DNA of 64,000 bases, taken from positions 128,001-192,000 of the IMG/VR virus record IMGVR_UViG_3300046786_000304; one strand, given 5' to 3'. This stretch comes from a virus (taxonomy: Duplodnaviria > Caudoviricetes). The notes beneath the pieces are model-generated. The model had not been told where the DNA came from. It searched no databases and worked only from the letters and a program-made list of their open reading frames with translations. Shown one piece after another: positions 46,621-55,963 of the stretch (its first letter is position 1; the number at the start of each line of letters is the position of its first letter). Made by a program: the position numbers and the translations under genes.

Positions 46621-47592
46621 ATGATGGCCTTACAAACATTACTTAGAAGCAAAATACACGGACATGCTAGCCCTAAAGGCTGGACAAGTTTTAATTGTCC
46701 CATGTGTGTTGTCAATGGACAAGGCCGAGCAGATACAAAGCGCAGAGGCGGGATATTGTTTAGTCCCGACGGTAGTGTAGCTTACCAATGTTTTAATTGC
46801 CAATATAAAACAGGCTGGAGTCCTGGTTGGACCTTGGGTTTCAAGATGCGTAAGCTATTACGCCAACTAGGATTCGATGAAGCCGAAGTTCAACGTTTAA
46901 CATTAGAATTACTAAGCCAAGCAGACGCAGAGCTACTAGTTAAAAAAGAAGCAGAACCAGTATGGACTCCGGACTGGCCAGAGTTTAACTTCGAGTTCGA
47001 AGTTAAAGAATTAGAAGACCCTGCAAAGATAGCATACTTACAAGATAGACAAATATATGATTTAGCTACTTGGTTAGAAACAAATGACGGCTATGCCGGA
47101 TTAAACAATAGAGTTATATTGCCTTTCACTTATCAAAATAAGATTGTAGGTTTTCAAAGTAGATATGTAGGCCAAGTACCTCCTAAGCTAGCCAAGTATT
47201 TTAAGAAGAGTCCCGCAAACTATGTATACGGATTAGATAATCAACGAGATAAAAGAGAATACGTCATTGTCACAGAAGGTGAGTTTGATGCGCTACTAAC
47301 CAGTGGAGTTGCTTTGGGTAGTAACAATCTCAGTGAACGTCAAGCACAACTGATAGAAGACTTAAATATAGAACCGATACTACTACCCGACGCTGACAAG
47401 CCGGGTGGAGAACTAGTAGAGCGTGCCGCAGACTATGGATGGAGCGTTAGTTTTCCTGAATGGGAAGATTGTAAAGACGTTGGAGACGCAGTAATGAAAT
47501 ATGGCAGACTATTTGCAGTATACAGCATACTACAAGCCGCAGAACATAGTCCAACAAAAATTAGATTAATGGGAAAGAGATATTGCAGATGA
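46621..47592 (+). CDS. gp61: DNA primase (gp61-like)
   Basis: Zn-binding FNCPMC..YQCFNC; TOPRIM VTEGEFDA, PDADKPG, KDVGDA. Confidence 0.85.
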   Translation: MMALQTLLRSKIHGHASPKGWTSFNCPMCVVNGQGRADTKRRGGILFSPDGSVAYQCFNCQYKTGWSPGWTLGFKMRKLLRQLGFDEAEVQRLTLELLSQADAELLVKKEAEPVWTPDWPEFNFEFEVKELEDPAKIAYLQDRQIYDLATWLETNDGYAGLNNRVILPFTYQNKIVGFQSRYVGQVPPKLAKYFKKSPANYVYGLDNQRDKREYVIVTEGEFDALLTSGVALGSNNLSERQAQLIEDLNIEPILLPDADKPGGELVERAADYGWSVSFPEWEDCKDVGDAVMKYGRLFAVYSILQAAEHSPTKIRLMGKRYCR

Positions 47593-49052
47593 AAGATGAA
47601 ATTAAAACATACAGTACAAAAGAACAAAAATTATATTTAGAAATTTTAATTGCTGATCCAGAATTGGCAGCAAGGTCTAGAAATATTTTAGATCCCGAAT
47701 ACTTTGACAGGAACATGCGGCAAGCGGCAGAGTTCATTAAAGATTACTTAGACAAATATGACAATGTTCCTACGACTACGCAAATTGAAGCAACAACTGG
47801 TATAAGTCTAGAAGCATTTAGCACAGACGCAGTACAGCCACAAAAAGAATGGTTCTTGGACGAGTTTGAACAGTTTGCTAGACACAAGGCATTGGATCGT
47901 GCTATTCTAAAAAGTGTTGACTTGCTGGACAAGAAAAGATATGGCGAAGTTGAACGACTTATTAAAGAAGCAAGTACAGTAGGATTGCCCAAGACCTTTG
48001 GTACAGATTATTTTGCAGATCCTAGGGGTCGACTCGAAGCATTGAAAAGTGCTAATGGACAAGTTAGTACAGGATGGAAAAGTATTGATAACAAACTGTA
48101 TGGCGGATTTAACAGAGGCGAACTTAATATTTTTGCGGCACCCAGTGGCGGCGGTAAAAGTTTGTTTTTACAAAACCTTGCTATACATTGGGCGCAACAA
48201 GGACTAAATGGCGTTTATTTTAGTTTGGAACTGGCAGAAGGTCTATGTAGTAAACGAATTGACAGTATGATAACCGGAGTCCCATCCACAGACATTTATA
48301 AAAATCTAGACGACGTCGATTTGAAAGTTAGGATGATAGGAAAGAAATCCGGACGACTACAAATTGTTCAACTAACATCTGGTATAACTGTAAATGATTT
48401 AAAATCTTGGATCAAAGAGTTTCAGATATTCTCTGGAGCAAAAGTAGACTATGTAATTGTTGACTATTTAGACTTGATGCATCCTGTTAGTGTTAAAGTC
48501 AGTGCTGAGAATTTGTTTATTAAAGACAAATATGTGTCAGAAGAACTACGGGCTTTGGCCACACAAGGGCAGTATCTGTTTGCCACAGCCAGTCAGTTGA
48601 ATCGCGGCGCTGTAGAAAGTGTTGAATTTGATCATAGTCATATTAGTGGCGGCTTATCTAAGATTCAAACAGCTGACAATGTTATTGGTATCTTTAACAG
48701 TAATACTATGCGTGAACGTGGTAGAGTTCAAGTTCAATTTATGAAAACTCGTAGTAGTAGTGCTGTAGGTTCAAAAGTTGAATTAGAGTTTAATACAAGT
48801 ACTTTACATATTACAGACTTAGATGAAGACAGCGCAGATGCTCCTACTACAATAGATGTAATACACGACAAACTAAAACGTCAAAGTCAAGTAGAAGGAA
48901 CAAGTAATACAACACCCAGTGTCGGTTGGGAAAGAGCTACACCCAAAGAAGGTTTTAGTTTAGAGACACCTCAAAAACAACAAGAGCCCAAAATCCCAAT
49001 TAGGACCATGGACTCTAGTAATAAGTTAGCTAATATTCTTAAAAAGGTTTAA
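47583..49052 (+). CDS. gp41: Replicative DnaB-like helicase
   Basis: STGW..ID..L.GG..RGEL, APSGGGKS, YFSLE, VIVDYLD, ASQLNR, KIQTAD, KTR. Confidence 0.92.
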   Translation: MQMKDEIKTYSTKEQKLYLEILIADPELAARSRNILDPEYFDRNMRQAAEFIKDYLDKYDNVPTTTQIEATTGISLEAFSTDAVQPQKEWFLDEFEQFARHKALDRAILKSVDLLDKKRYGEVERLIKEASTVGLPKTFGTDYFADPRGRLEALKSANGQVSTGWKSIDNKLYGGFNRGELNIFAAPSGGGKSLFLQNLAIHWAQQGLNGVYFSLELAEGLCSKRIDSMITGVPSTDIYKNLDDVDLKVRMIGKKSGRLQIVQLTSGITVNDLKSWIKEFQIFSGAKVDYVIVDYLDLMHPVSVKVSAENLFIKDKYVSEELRALATQGQYLFATASQLNRGAVESVEFDHSHISGGLSKIQTADNVIGIFNSNTMRERGRVQVQFMKTRSSSAVGSKVELEFNTSTLHITDLDEDSADAPTTIDVIHDKLKRQSQVEGTSNTTPSVGWERATPKEGFSLETPQKQQEPKIPIRTMDSSNKLANILKKV

Positions 49053-49579
49053 GCTGTTTTAATGTCACGCATACCTTGTACAGGTGTTGCGGTATCAGGG
49101 GCTCCTATTTCAGGAGCCTTTGTTGTTTGTTGAGCAGAGCCACTGGCTCCGCCTTCTTTATCTTGACTTGCCCATGGCCATTGATTTTGTCCTTGATCTT
49201 GCATATCTTTGTTTAAATCGGATTTCAATCTTTGGAATAAACTATTATCCTCGGCCACATAACTTAGCACAGTTTCTAACAAGTCCATTAACGCAGACAT
49301 TTGTTTTAGGTTAGGCCGGTGATTCATATACATAGCACGAACGCCAGTTCTTAAATCGTTGTAATGATCTTCGCCTACAGCATCCTTGATAGCGGCCAAA
49401 CGCATCATAGTACGTGAAAAGCTATTTTGGTCGATTTCTTTACCGCTGGTATCCATTTCTGGATCATGTCGTGCGGTTTTAGCCTGCGCTTGTACAGCGT
49501 CTGTTTCAGTGTCTTCGGCAATAGCTCTTAGCTTGTTCAATACTGAACCCATGTCAAAATTAGTGTTTGAAAACGTCAT
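49049..49579 (-). CDS. Hypothetical protein (late, convergent with helicase)
   Basis: GAGG SD and TAAATA on the minus strand; LNKLRAI / MRLAAI motifs. Confidence 0.65.
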   Translation of the reverse strand: MTFSNTNFDMGSVLNKLRAIAEDTETDAVQAQAKTARHDPEMDTSGKEIDQNSFSRTMMRLAAIKDAVGEDHYNDLRTGVRAMYMNHRPNLKQMSALMDLLETVLSYVAEDNSLFQRLKSDLNKDMQDQGQNQWPWASQDKEGGASGSAQQTTKAPEIGAPDTATPVQGMRDIKTA

Positions 49580-49635
49580 ATTAATTCCCTCTTAAGATTA
49601 TTTATCTTAGATAAATATTTGATAAGGAATTAATT

Positions 49636-49896
49636 GTGCGAAAGCAAACTAAATCAATATTAGAAGAAATCACAAATATCGTGCCACAGCGTGATAAAGA
49701 AAGCTTTGTAGAAAACAAGGCTATTAATGTTATTGCTAGCACCAAGTATCTTGTCGAGTATATACAAGAGAATTTCAATCAAGACCAAAGCGACGACCTT
49801 TTAAAACGGTTATTCAACAGCCTAAAAACAGGCGATGAATCTAAATTTCGCAGAGGCATTAAACAGATAAAAGAATCAAAACATGGAACAATTTGA
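49636..49896 (+). CDS. Hypothetical protein
   Basis: AAGGA SD, GTG start. Confidence 0.65.
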   Translation: MRKQTKSILEEITNIVPQRDKESFVENKAINVIASTKYLVEYIQENFNQDQSDDLLKRLFNSLKTGDESKFRRGIKQIKESKHGTI

Positions 49897-50671
49897 AGAT
49901 TTACAAGCATGGGATTTAATGGTAGAAAGCCGCCAATACAGAGCTTCAGGTGCCCGTGGCTTGAATCTTAGAAATGTTGCTGATTTCGCATTTTTAGATT
50001 TATTAACATTATTCATATTACACAGCGAATACGAAACAGCTCCAATTGCAGCCAAATACGCAGACTCTACTATGAGTTATAGAAATTTTGCCAAAGCAAG
50101 ATTGAGTGGTACAGACTTATATGTTAGTATGAACATATTAAGCGATCCTACCAGCGTATTCAGTCATAAAATAGCACAGAACGCAGAAGCTGATGCTTTA
50201 TTAAGAGGCAAGTTAAAATTAAATCTTCCTACTGTAAAACGTTATTTAGATATATTGGCAGATGGGTCAATAACAAAAGATGATGCTGCAACATTATTTC
50301 TACGTTTAGAAAAACAGTTAAACATTACAGACAGCAAATTAAGAAGTCTACGCAGACTAGTCCAGGATTGGCCTGTACTTAATACCATGCAACGTGAACT
50401 AGCCGCAACTAAGATGCTACAATATTATAAAAAGTTTGCCAAGCGCAGTGAAATGTCAGTATTTTTAAGTGACTTAGCCAAGGGCAAAGGCTATGAAATG
50501 CGTGGCGGTATTGATGCTGAATTATCTAATTTAGGCTATACTGGACATAGTCATGATCATCGTGACCACCATGGCAAGCAAGATAAACACGATCATTCCT
50601 GGTCAAAAATAGCCAGTGATTTAATGCCAGCCGCGGGATTTTATGCGGGATACAAGCTAGGTAAACGCTAA
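49883..50671 (+). CDS. Hypothetical protein
   Basis: Coupled ORF; helical; His-rich patch near the C-terminus. Confidence 0.7.
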   Translation: MEQFEDLQAWDLMVESRQYRASGARGLNLRNVADFAFLDLLTLFILHSEYETAPIAAKYADSTMSYRNFAKARLSGTDLYVSMNILSDPTSVFSHKIAQNAEADALLRGKLKLNLPTVKRYLDILADGSITKDDAATLFLRLEKQLNITDSKLRSLRRLVQDWPVLNTMQRELAATKMLQYYKKFAKRSEMSVFLSDLAKGKGYEMRGGIDAELSNLGYTGHSHDHRDHHGKQDKHDHSWSKIASDLMPAAGFYAGYKLGKR

Positions 50672-50727
50672 AAGAAGATAAATAAATACAAGAAACTTAA
50701 TGTTTCGAACGATCAAAGGAGTCTATT

Positions 50728-51105
50728 ATGACAGCAAGAGTAAACGGTTCAGTTGGTACTACAGACGGTGGTATCTATAATCCAGGTCAGAGCTTGGCAT
50801 TTTTCAAGATCACAGTAAAAGATGGTTCTGCCGCCGCTGTTGATCTACGTAGCAGTGACGGTACAGGTCAAGCGTTAGAAGCTATCTTCTTTGCTTTCCC
50901 AACAGGTATCATTGCTTATGACAGCGCAAACGCTAACACAGGTGTTATCCACGTTATCGTTGACGGTCACGCTGCTCACACAGTTGCTAGCCTACAAGCC
51001 GCAATCCGCGCTTTAGGTACAAGCGTTGGTAGCGATGGCAAAGACGTTAGTGGTACAGTTGTTGAAGCTGGTGCTGGTTTCACAGTATCTGCTAGCGCAG
51101 TTTAA
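50728..51105 (+). CDS. Abundant small virion protein (possible capsid decoration)
   Basis: Tandem TAAATA, GGAG SD, strongly biased codons (gct/ggt/atc), own terminator. Confidence 0.55.
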   Translation: MTARVNGSVGTTDGGIYNPGQSLAFFKITVKDGSAAAVDLRSSDGTGQALEAIFFAFPTGIIAYDSANANTGVIHVIVDGHAAHTVASLQAAIRALGTSVGSDGKDVSGTVVEAGAGFTVSASAV

Positions 51106-51126
51106 TCCTACAAGTTACGGGATGGG

Positions 51127-51160
51127 AAGCCGCAGTATCGCAAGATCTGCGGTTTTTCTT
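51127..51160 (+). terminator. Rho-independent terminator
   Basis: aagccgcag-t-atc-GCAA-gat-ctgcgg-ttttt. Confidence 0.85.
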
Positions 51161-51209
51161 TGACTCGTACTTTTGTTTGATAAGGTAAATAGTTAAAAGG
51201 AAGTTTAAT

Positions 51210-51653
51210 ATGCAAGCAACAGCAAGAACAGGTGAATACATTGGCGGTAATATCGAGTACTTTACTTGTTATACCCTAGTGGATATTTCTGATACAGGTA
51301 CTTACGATCCAACAGCTGGCAGTCTTTACGAACAAGCACAAAATTTAAATGCTTTATTACAAGCTATCAGCTTAGGTAGTCAACCAATATTAACCAGCGT
51401 GGAAAAATTAACTGCGGCTGATATGGATGACTTTGAATTTGGTAGTGACTTTACGGGCACACATAATATGTGGGTATTGAGATTTGCCAGTGAAAGAGTT
51501 GGCAGTATCACAGTTAATACATTAGTTCGTGATGTGGACGGTTTACCTGTCTATGACGATTTAGATGAAACAGCTACATTTGATTCAAATGTATTTGAAA
51601 CCAACGACCCAACACAAACTAACATATATTTTGTTCGCAACGACAATCTGTGA
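51210..51653 (+). CDS. Probable virion protein
   Basis: TAAATA and AAGGA SD. Confidence 0.6.
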   Translation: MQATARTGEYIGGNIEYFTCYTLVDISDTGTYDPTAGSLYEQAQNLNALLQAISLGSQPILTSVEKLTAADMDDFEFGSDFTGTHNMWVLRFASERVGSITVNTLVRDVDGLPVYDDLDETATFDSNVFETNDPTQTNIYFVRNDNL

Positions 51654-51757
51654 TTTAGATAAATATTACAAACATTTCGGCACCAGACCATTGGCACAAA
51701 CTTAGGCATAAAAATAAGAACACATAGTGAGAGAAACACATTTTTATAAGGAGTATT

Positions 51758-52069
51758 GTGTTAATGGCATCGGCAGCAGAACGACTAGGAATAGTTGAAA
51801 CTAAGGTTGTAAACCTTGATAATAAAATCGACGAACTAAAAGTTGATGTAAAAGAAATGCACGATTGTCTTGATAAGACTCGTGATGGTATTATGGAAAA
51901 GTTAGAAGAAATGTATGGTGCAAGTTGCAAACAGCATGAAGAACTAGCTAAAAAAGTATCAGCCATGGAAAAGTTAAAAGACAAATATACCTATATCACC
52001 ATGGGTGGAATTATTGTAATTAGTTGGGCTAGTGCTCACGCAGATAGGATTATAGCGTTATTAAAATGA
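51758..52069 (+). CDS. Coiled-coil protein with C-terminal hydrophobic segment (possible membrane or lysis-related)
   Basis: Heptad region followed by YITMGGIIVISWASA. Confidence 0.5.
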   Translation: MLMASAAERLGIVETKVVNLDNKIDELKVDVKEMHDCLDKTRDGIMEKLEEMYGASCKQHEELAKKVSAMEKLKDKYTYITMGGIIVISWASAHADRIIALLK

Positions 52070-52368
52070 ATGAATTTGAAGTTATAGTCGAAGACACAGA
52101 AGAGCCTTTAACAGAGGCTAAACGTGTTTGGGCTAAACGTGGTAAGAAATTAAAGCGCATGATTCGCTGTACTAGCGGTAAGAAAAAAGGCCGTACAGTT
52201 GCTAATGTTAGTGCTTGTAGTAAAGCAATTAATGTTAAGAAAAGATTCATGATGAAGCGCATTAGAAAACGCTTCAACGCAAAGATAGTTAGAAAAGCTA
52301 AAAGAACTAAAAAGTTTAATCCGTTGAGTAAGAGATTATCAACACTGAATAAATCAGTAAATAAGTAA
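52066..52368 (+). CDS. Highly basic protein with acidic N-terminal leader
   Basis: 7 D/E in the first 17 aa, then about 33 K/R and no D/E in the remaining 83 aa. Confidence 0.7.
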   Translation: MNEFEVIVEDTEEPLTEAKRVWAKRGKKLKRMIRCTSGKKKGRTVANVSACSKAINVKKRFMMKRIRKRFNAKIVRKAKRTKKFNPLSKRLSTLNKSVNK

Positions 52369-52380
52369 AGGCACAACAAT

Positions 52381-52800
52381 ATGGCAGACGATCGCAGTTT
52401 AAAAGATGTAATAAGATTCGTAGATCCCAGCGGGGATATGAGCGATGCTGACATTGCACAAGTTGGCCGTGAATTAAAATTCACCGAAGTGTTAGACCTA
52501 ATTACTAAAGTCGGTAAAGACGATGTCGATGGAGCTAGAAACATATTAGCAAAATATGATGATAGATTTAACGTAGCTCAAGAATACAGCAATGCTCAAC
52601 CTGGACCAGGTAGTAGTTTTAAACCTATTAAACCAGTTGGCTCTGTTCCTACTATGGCTCGTAGAAATACAAACCCAAATGGCCCTCAAGATGATGATAC
52701 AGAAGGTGCGGAATTAGATTCTGCGCTTCAAGATCCTCAGACAAAAAATAGACCAGAAGTTAGACAGATACAAAGTCTTTTACAAAGGATGAAGAGATGA
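52381..52800 (+). CDS. Hypothetical protein
   Basis: ORF with SD. Confidence 0.65.
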   Translation: MADDRSLKDVIRFVDPSGDMSDADIAQVGRELKFTEVLDLITKVGKDDVDGARNILAKYDDRFNVAQEYSNAQPGPGSSFKPIKPVGSVPTMARRNTNPNGPQDDDTEGAELDSALQDPQTKNRPEVRQIQSLLQRMKR

Positions 52801-53183
52801 AAGTATTTGACCTTATAGCAGAAGGTTATCATGGCTTTACAGGTCACTTAAAAGACTTTGGTAAAGTTAAAAGGGAAATAGACCAATCAATTCCAAATGC
52901 CAGAATCGAACCGCAATTAAGAAACACTGATACTTATATGCAAGGTAGATATGGCATAGCGTTAGCGGCAGCTGCCTCCAATCAAGGAGAAAGCTTTGAA
53001 CAAGAAAGCGCATGGGCTGAAAACCTAGGTATGTTAGCATATTCTGATGAAGAAATTAAAATTATACAAGCCGCAGACAAGCTAATGGGCGTTAAAAGTG
53101 TTGCGCTCAGTAAAAAGAGTAAAGAGCGAGATGATATTGGATCATCTAGTCCGGTAGCAGATACATCATGGAGACGCAAATGA
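52797..53183 (+). CDS. Hypothetical protein (possible internal head protein)
   Basis: MKVFDLIAE N-terminus. Confidence 0.65.
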   Translation: MKVFDLIAEGYHGFTGHLKDFGKVKREIDQSIPNARIEPQLRNTDTYMQGRYGIALAAAASNQGESFEQESAWAENLGMLAYSDEEIKIIQAADKLMGVKSVALSKKSKERDDIGSSSPVADTSWRRK

Positions 53184-53395
53184 AAATCGGCGAATTAGTA
53201 TCAGGTTTAAAATATATGGTTACTAATGAGCAAAGAGAAGTATTCAATTTGCTTAAACAAAACAACGAAATACCCAGAACAGAATTAGACGAAAGACAGC
53301 ATAGATTAGCAGAACAAATGTCCAGCCAAGGTCTAATAGATAGAATTTACAATGAAGAAACAGAAACGGTTAGTTACAAGCTATTCAACAAATAA
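53180..53395 (+). CDS. Small hypothetical protein
   Basis: GGAG SD before MKIGEL; start revised from 53168. Confidence 0.65.
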   Translation: MKIGELVSGLKYMVTNEQREVFNLLKQNNEIPRTELDERQHRLAEQMSSQGLIDRIYNEETETVSYKLFNK

Positions 53396-53843
53396 AGTAG
53401 ACGTTGATCGTTTACAGCAAAAAGTTGGAAGCATGTTAGATTCTAGCATACCAAAAAATATATTAGGCATGTTAGCAACATTAGAAGATACTGGGGAAAG
53501 TTTGGTATTTTATAAGCGTTGGAAACTTGTTCCACACGAAAAGAATAATTACGAAATCGTAGACTTGTGGACTAATGAATCTGTTTATTCGCATATATCG
53601 TTATTCATTAGCGCAATGTATATGATATATCATATGAACAAACAAGTAGCTTATCCTTGCCCAAAAGAGCAATTAATCTACGGTGTTGACCAAGAATATT
53701 ATAGGTGTATGGAAAATATAAGATTTTATGCTAAGAAATCCAACACTAAAGATATGGACAAATTAGAATTATTTTCGGCTAGAATTCAAGACAGCTATTA
53801 CAAGCTCGACGAAATCAAAACCCGATTATCTAAAATATATTGA
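53352..53843 (+). CDS. Hypothetical protein
   Basis: ORF; start uncertain. Confidence 0.6.
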   Translation: MKKQKRLVTSYSTNKVDVDRLQQKVGSMLDSSIPKNILGMLATLEDTGESLVFYKRWKLVPHEKNNYEIVDLWTNESVYSHISLFISAMYMIYHMNKQVAYPCPKEQLIYGVDQEYYRCMENIRFYAKKSNTKDMDKLELFSARIQDSYYKLDEIKTRLSKIY

Positions 53844-53869
53844 TAAATAAACAAAAGGATACCTTAACC

Positions 53870-54568
53870 ATGAATACTTCAGAAATTTTTAATCCAGCAC
53901 AGCGTAAACAGCGTGTCATTGAAAGTTTTTTAAACAGCCATTACGGCCTTAAGTTGCAAGCTCACGGCGATGTTGTACAAGTACAGACTTTAATTAATAA
54001 GTTAGTTACTGAAAATCATCACATGGCCAGCACAACTAGAAACTATCAAAATACAGATCGTTATGTAAAGAACACAATGATCATTGAAGCATTAAAGCAT
54101 ATTCTTAAAGAAATTGCTCCTATGCGTACAGTTCGTAAAATGAACGAGCAAAGCGGTGAAGATCTAGCTCAAGCTGAATTGATCTTAGTTGCTCAAAACA
54201 TGGTAGAAGAACTACAGAAAATGGCTGAAGATGTTGCTCAAATGCAAACTGATGACTTGATGCCATTGGAAGAGAAAATGAAAACTACATTTGGTCAAGA
54301 ACAAGGTCAGGCATTTGGCTCCAGCGCAGACCAAGTATTTGCTACTTTATTAGATGCAGTTAAGGCTGCCAAAGACGAATTAAGCAATGCAGTTGGCGTA
54401 CTTAAAGGCGAAGCTCCTGCTATGCCTGGTGTAGGCGGTGATGAGATGGGCGGCGCAGATTTAGGTCAAACAGGCGGCGCACTAGACGCACTAGCAGGCG
54501 ATGAATTTGGCGCAGCCGATGCAGCATCAGGCGAAGAAGAATTACCAACAGGCCGCGATCTAAAGTAA
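53870..54568 (+). CDS. Hypothetical helical protein with Gly/acidic tail
   Basis: TAAATA and AAGGA SD; start revised from 53840. Confidence 0.7.
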   Translation: MNTSEIFNPAQRKQRVIESFLNSHYGLKLQAHGDVVQVQTLINKLVTENHHMASTTRNYQNTDRYVKNTMIIEALKHILKEIAPMRTVRKMNEQSGEDLAQAELILVAQNMVEELQKMAEDVAQMQTDDLMPLEEKMKTTFGQEQGQAFGSSADQVFATLLDAVKAAKDELSNAVGVLKGEAPAMPGVGGDEMGGADLGQTGGALDALAGDEFGAADAASGEEELPTGRDLK

Positions 54569-54897
54569 TGAGACTATTTGAATTTGTTGACAGCGATGCA
54601 GAATTATTGGGCTTAATTAAGCCCATTCTGCTTCGTGCCAAAGCAGAAGGCGCAACTGATATTCCTATGACTCAGTTGTTAAATGATCTAGACAATAGAG
54701 ATGAAATTACTCCTGAGTTAATGATAGATATCTTACGCAGACACAGAAAAGATTTAAAAAATATTGTTACAACGGCAACAGTCGATAGTATTGTATTGAA
54801 CACTGGACCTGCTAAAGTAATGACATCAAAACAAGATCAAGATGTTAACAAAATGAAAAACACAGCATTAAAACAAGCATTGGGTAACCTAAAATGA
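54568..54897 (+). CDS. Hypothetical protein (possible internal head protein)
   Basis: MRLFEF N-terminus; coupled. Confidence 0.65.
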   Translation: MRLFEFVDSDAELLGLIKPILLRAKAEGATDIPMTQLLNDLDNRDEITPELMIDILRRHRKDLKNIVTTATVDSIVLNTGPAKVMTSKQDQDVNKMKNTALKQALGNLK

Positions 54898-55235
54898 AAA
54901 ACATAATGTTAACAGCTACACAAGCACGTGCTAAGTCACAAAATGATTCATTGGTTTTCAATGAGATTAGAGATATCGAAGATGCTATTTTAACTGCTAT
55001 TGACAATGGATTATATGAAGCTATTGTCAGCGGTACAACTATGACAGCAACAACAAGTCCAGAATCTTTAACTGCTATTGTATATTTTAATACATGGCAA
55101 GGCAGTATCGATGATAGAGCCAAGTATCTACAAATGGGACAAATCCTAACATACTTTACCGATTTAGGATACGCAATTGAACGCAGAACAAATGCGTTAA
55201 CTGGCAATACATTCAAATGGGTTGTTAGTTGGTAA
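54894..55235 (+). CDS. Hypothetical protein
   Basis: Coupled ORF. Confidence 0.65.
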   Translation: MKNIMLTATQARAKSQNDSLVFNEIRDIEDAILTAIDNGLYEAIVSGTTMTATTSPESLTAIVYFNTWQGSIDDRAKYLQMGQILTYFTDLGYAIERRTNALTGNTFKWVVSW

Positions 55236-55243
55236 TGTCGCTA

Positions 55244-55272
55244 TAGACATTACTGTAACAAGAGTGTAAAAT
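55244..55272 (+). promoter_or_regulatory. Sigma70 promoter
   Basis: TAGACA-17-TAAAAT, 8 nt before ATG 55281. Confidence 0.6.
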
Positions 55273-55280
55273 AACACTCT

Positions 55281-55943
55281 ATGCTATTCAATCCAATATA
55301 TCAATACCAAACATTAAAGCGAGTTGAGTCCAATGGGTCTCGACTTTATGAAACACCTGCAGGTAAAGTTGCCAGTGTTACTACTATATTAGATTCAACT
55401 AAAGATAAAACATTCTTAATTGAATGGCGTAAGCGTGTAGGAGATGCCGAAGCAACTCGCATTAGTACAGAGTCAGCGGGCCTAGGTACACTAATGCACA
55501 AACACTTAGAAAATTATGCCATGGGCCTTGAACGACCTAAGGGTAATAATGTAGTTCAGGAAATGGCACGTGCCATGGCTGATACTATGATTAATCAAGC
55601 CTTTCCTTTGATTGACGAAGTATGGGGCATTGAAGCTAGTTTATATTTTCCCGGATTGTATGCTGGTACCAGTGACATGATCGGCGTACACGAAGGTAAG
55701 CCATCAATCATTGATCATAAGACAACTAAAAAGCCTAAAAAGAAAGAATGGATCGAAGATTACTTTCTACAATGTTGTGCGTATGCGTTAGCGCATAATG
55801 AAGTACATGGCACTGACATTAAGAAAGCAGTAATTAATATTATTGACAGGGACGCAAAGTTACAAAGCTTTGTAATCGAAGGTAATGAGTTTGATTATTA
55901 TAGTATAGAATGGACCAAGAGAGTTGACCAGTTTTATAAATAA
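55281..55943 (+). CDS. PD-(D/E)xK exonuclease (RecB/Cas4-like)
   Basis: SVTTIL, EWRKRVG, GTLMH, AGTSDMI, IIDHKT, YFLQ..AYA. Confidence 0.85.
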   Translation: MLFNPIYQYQTLKRVESNGSRLYETPAGKVASVTTILDSTKDKTFLIEWRKRVGDAEATRISTESAGLGTLMHKHLENYAMGLERPKGNNVVQEMARAMADTMINQAFPLIDEVWGIEASLYFPGLYAGTSDMIGVHEGKPSIIDHKTTKKPKKKEWIEDYFLQCCAYALAHNEVHGTDIKKAVINIIDRDAKLQSFVIEGNEFDYYSIEWTKRVDQFYK

Positions 55944-55963
55944 CATTTTAAAGCAGGATTAAT

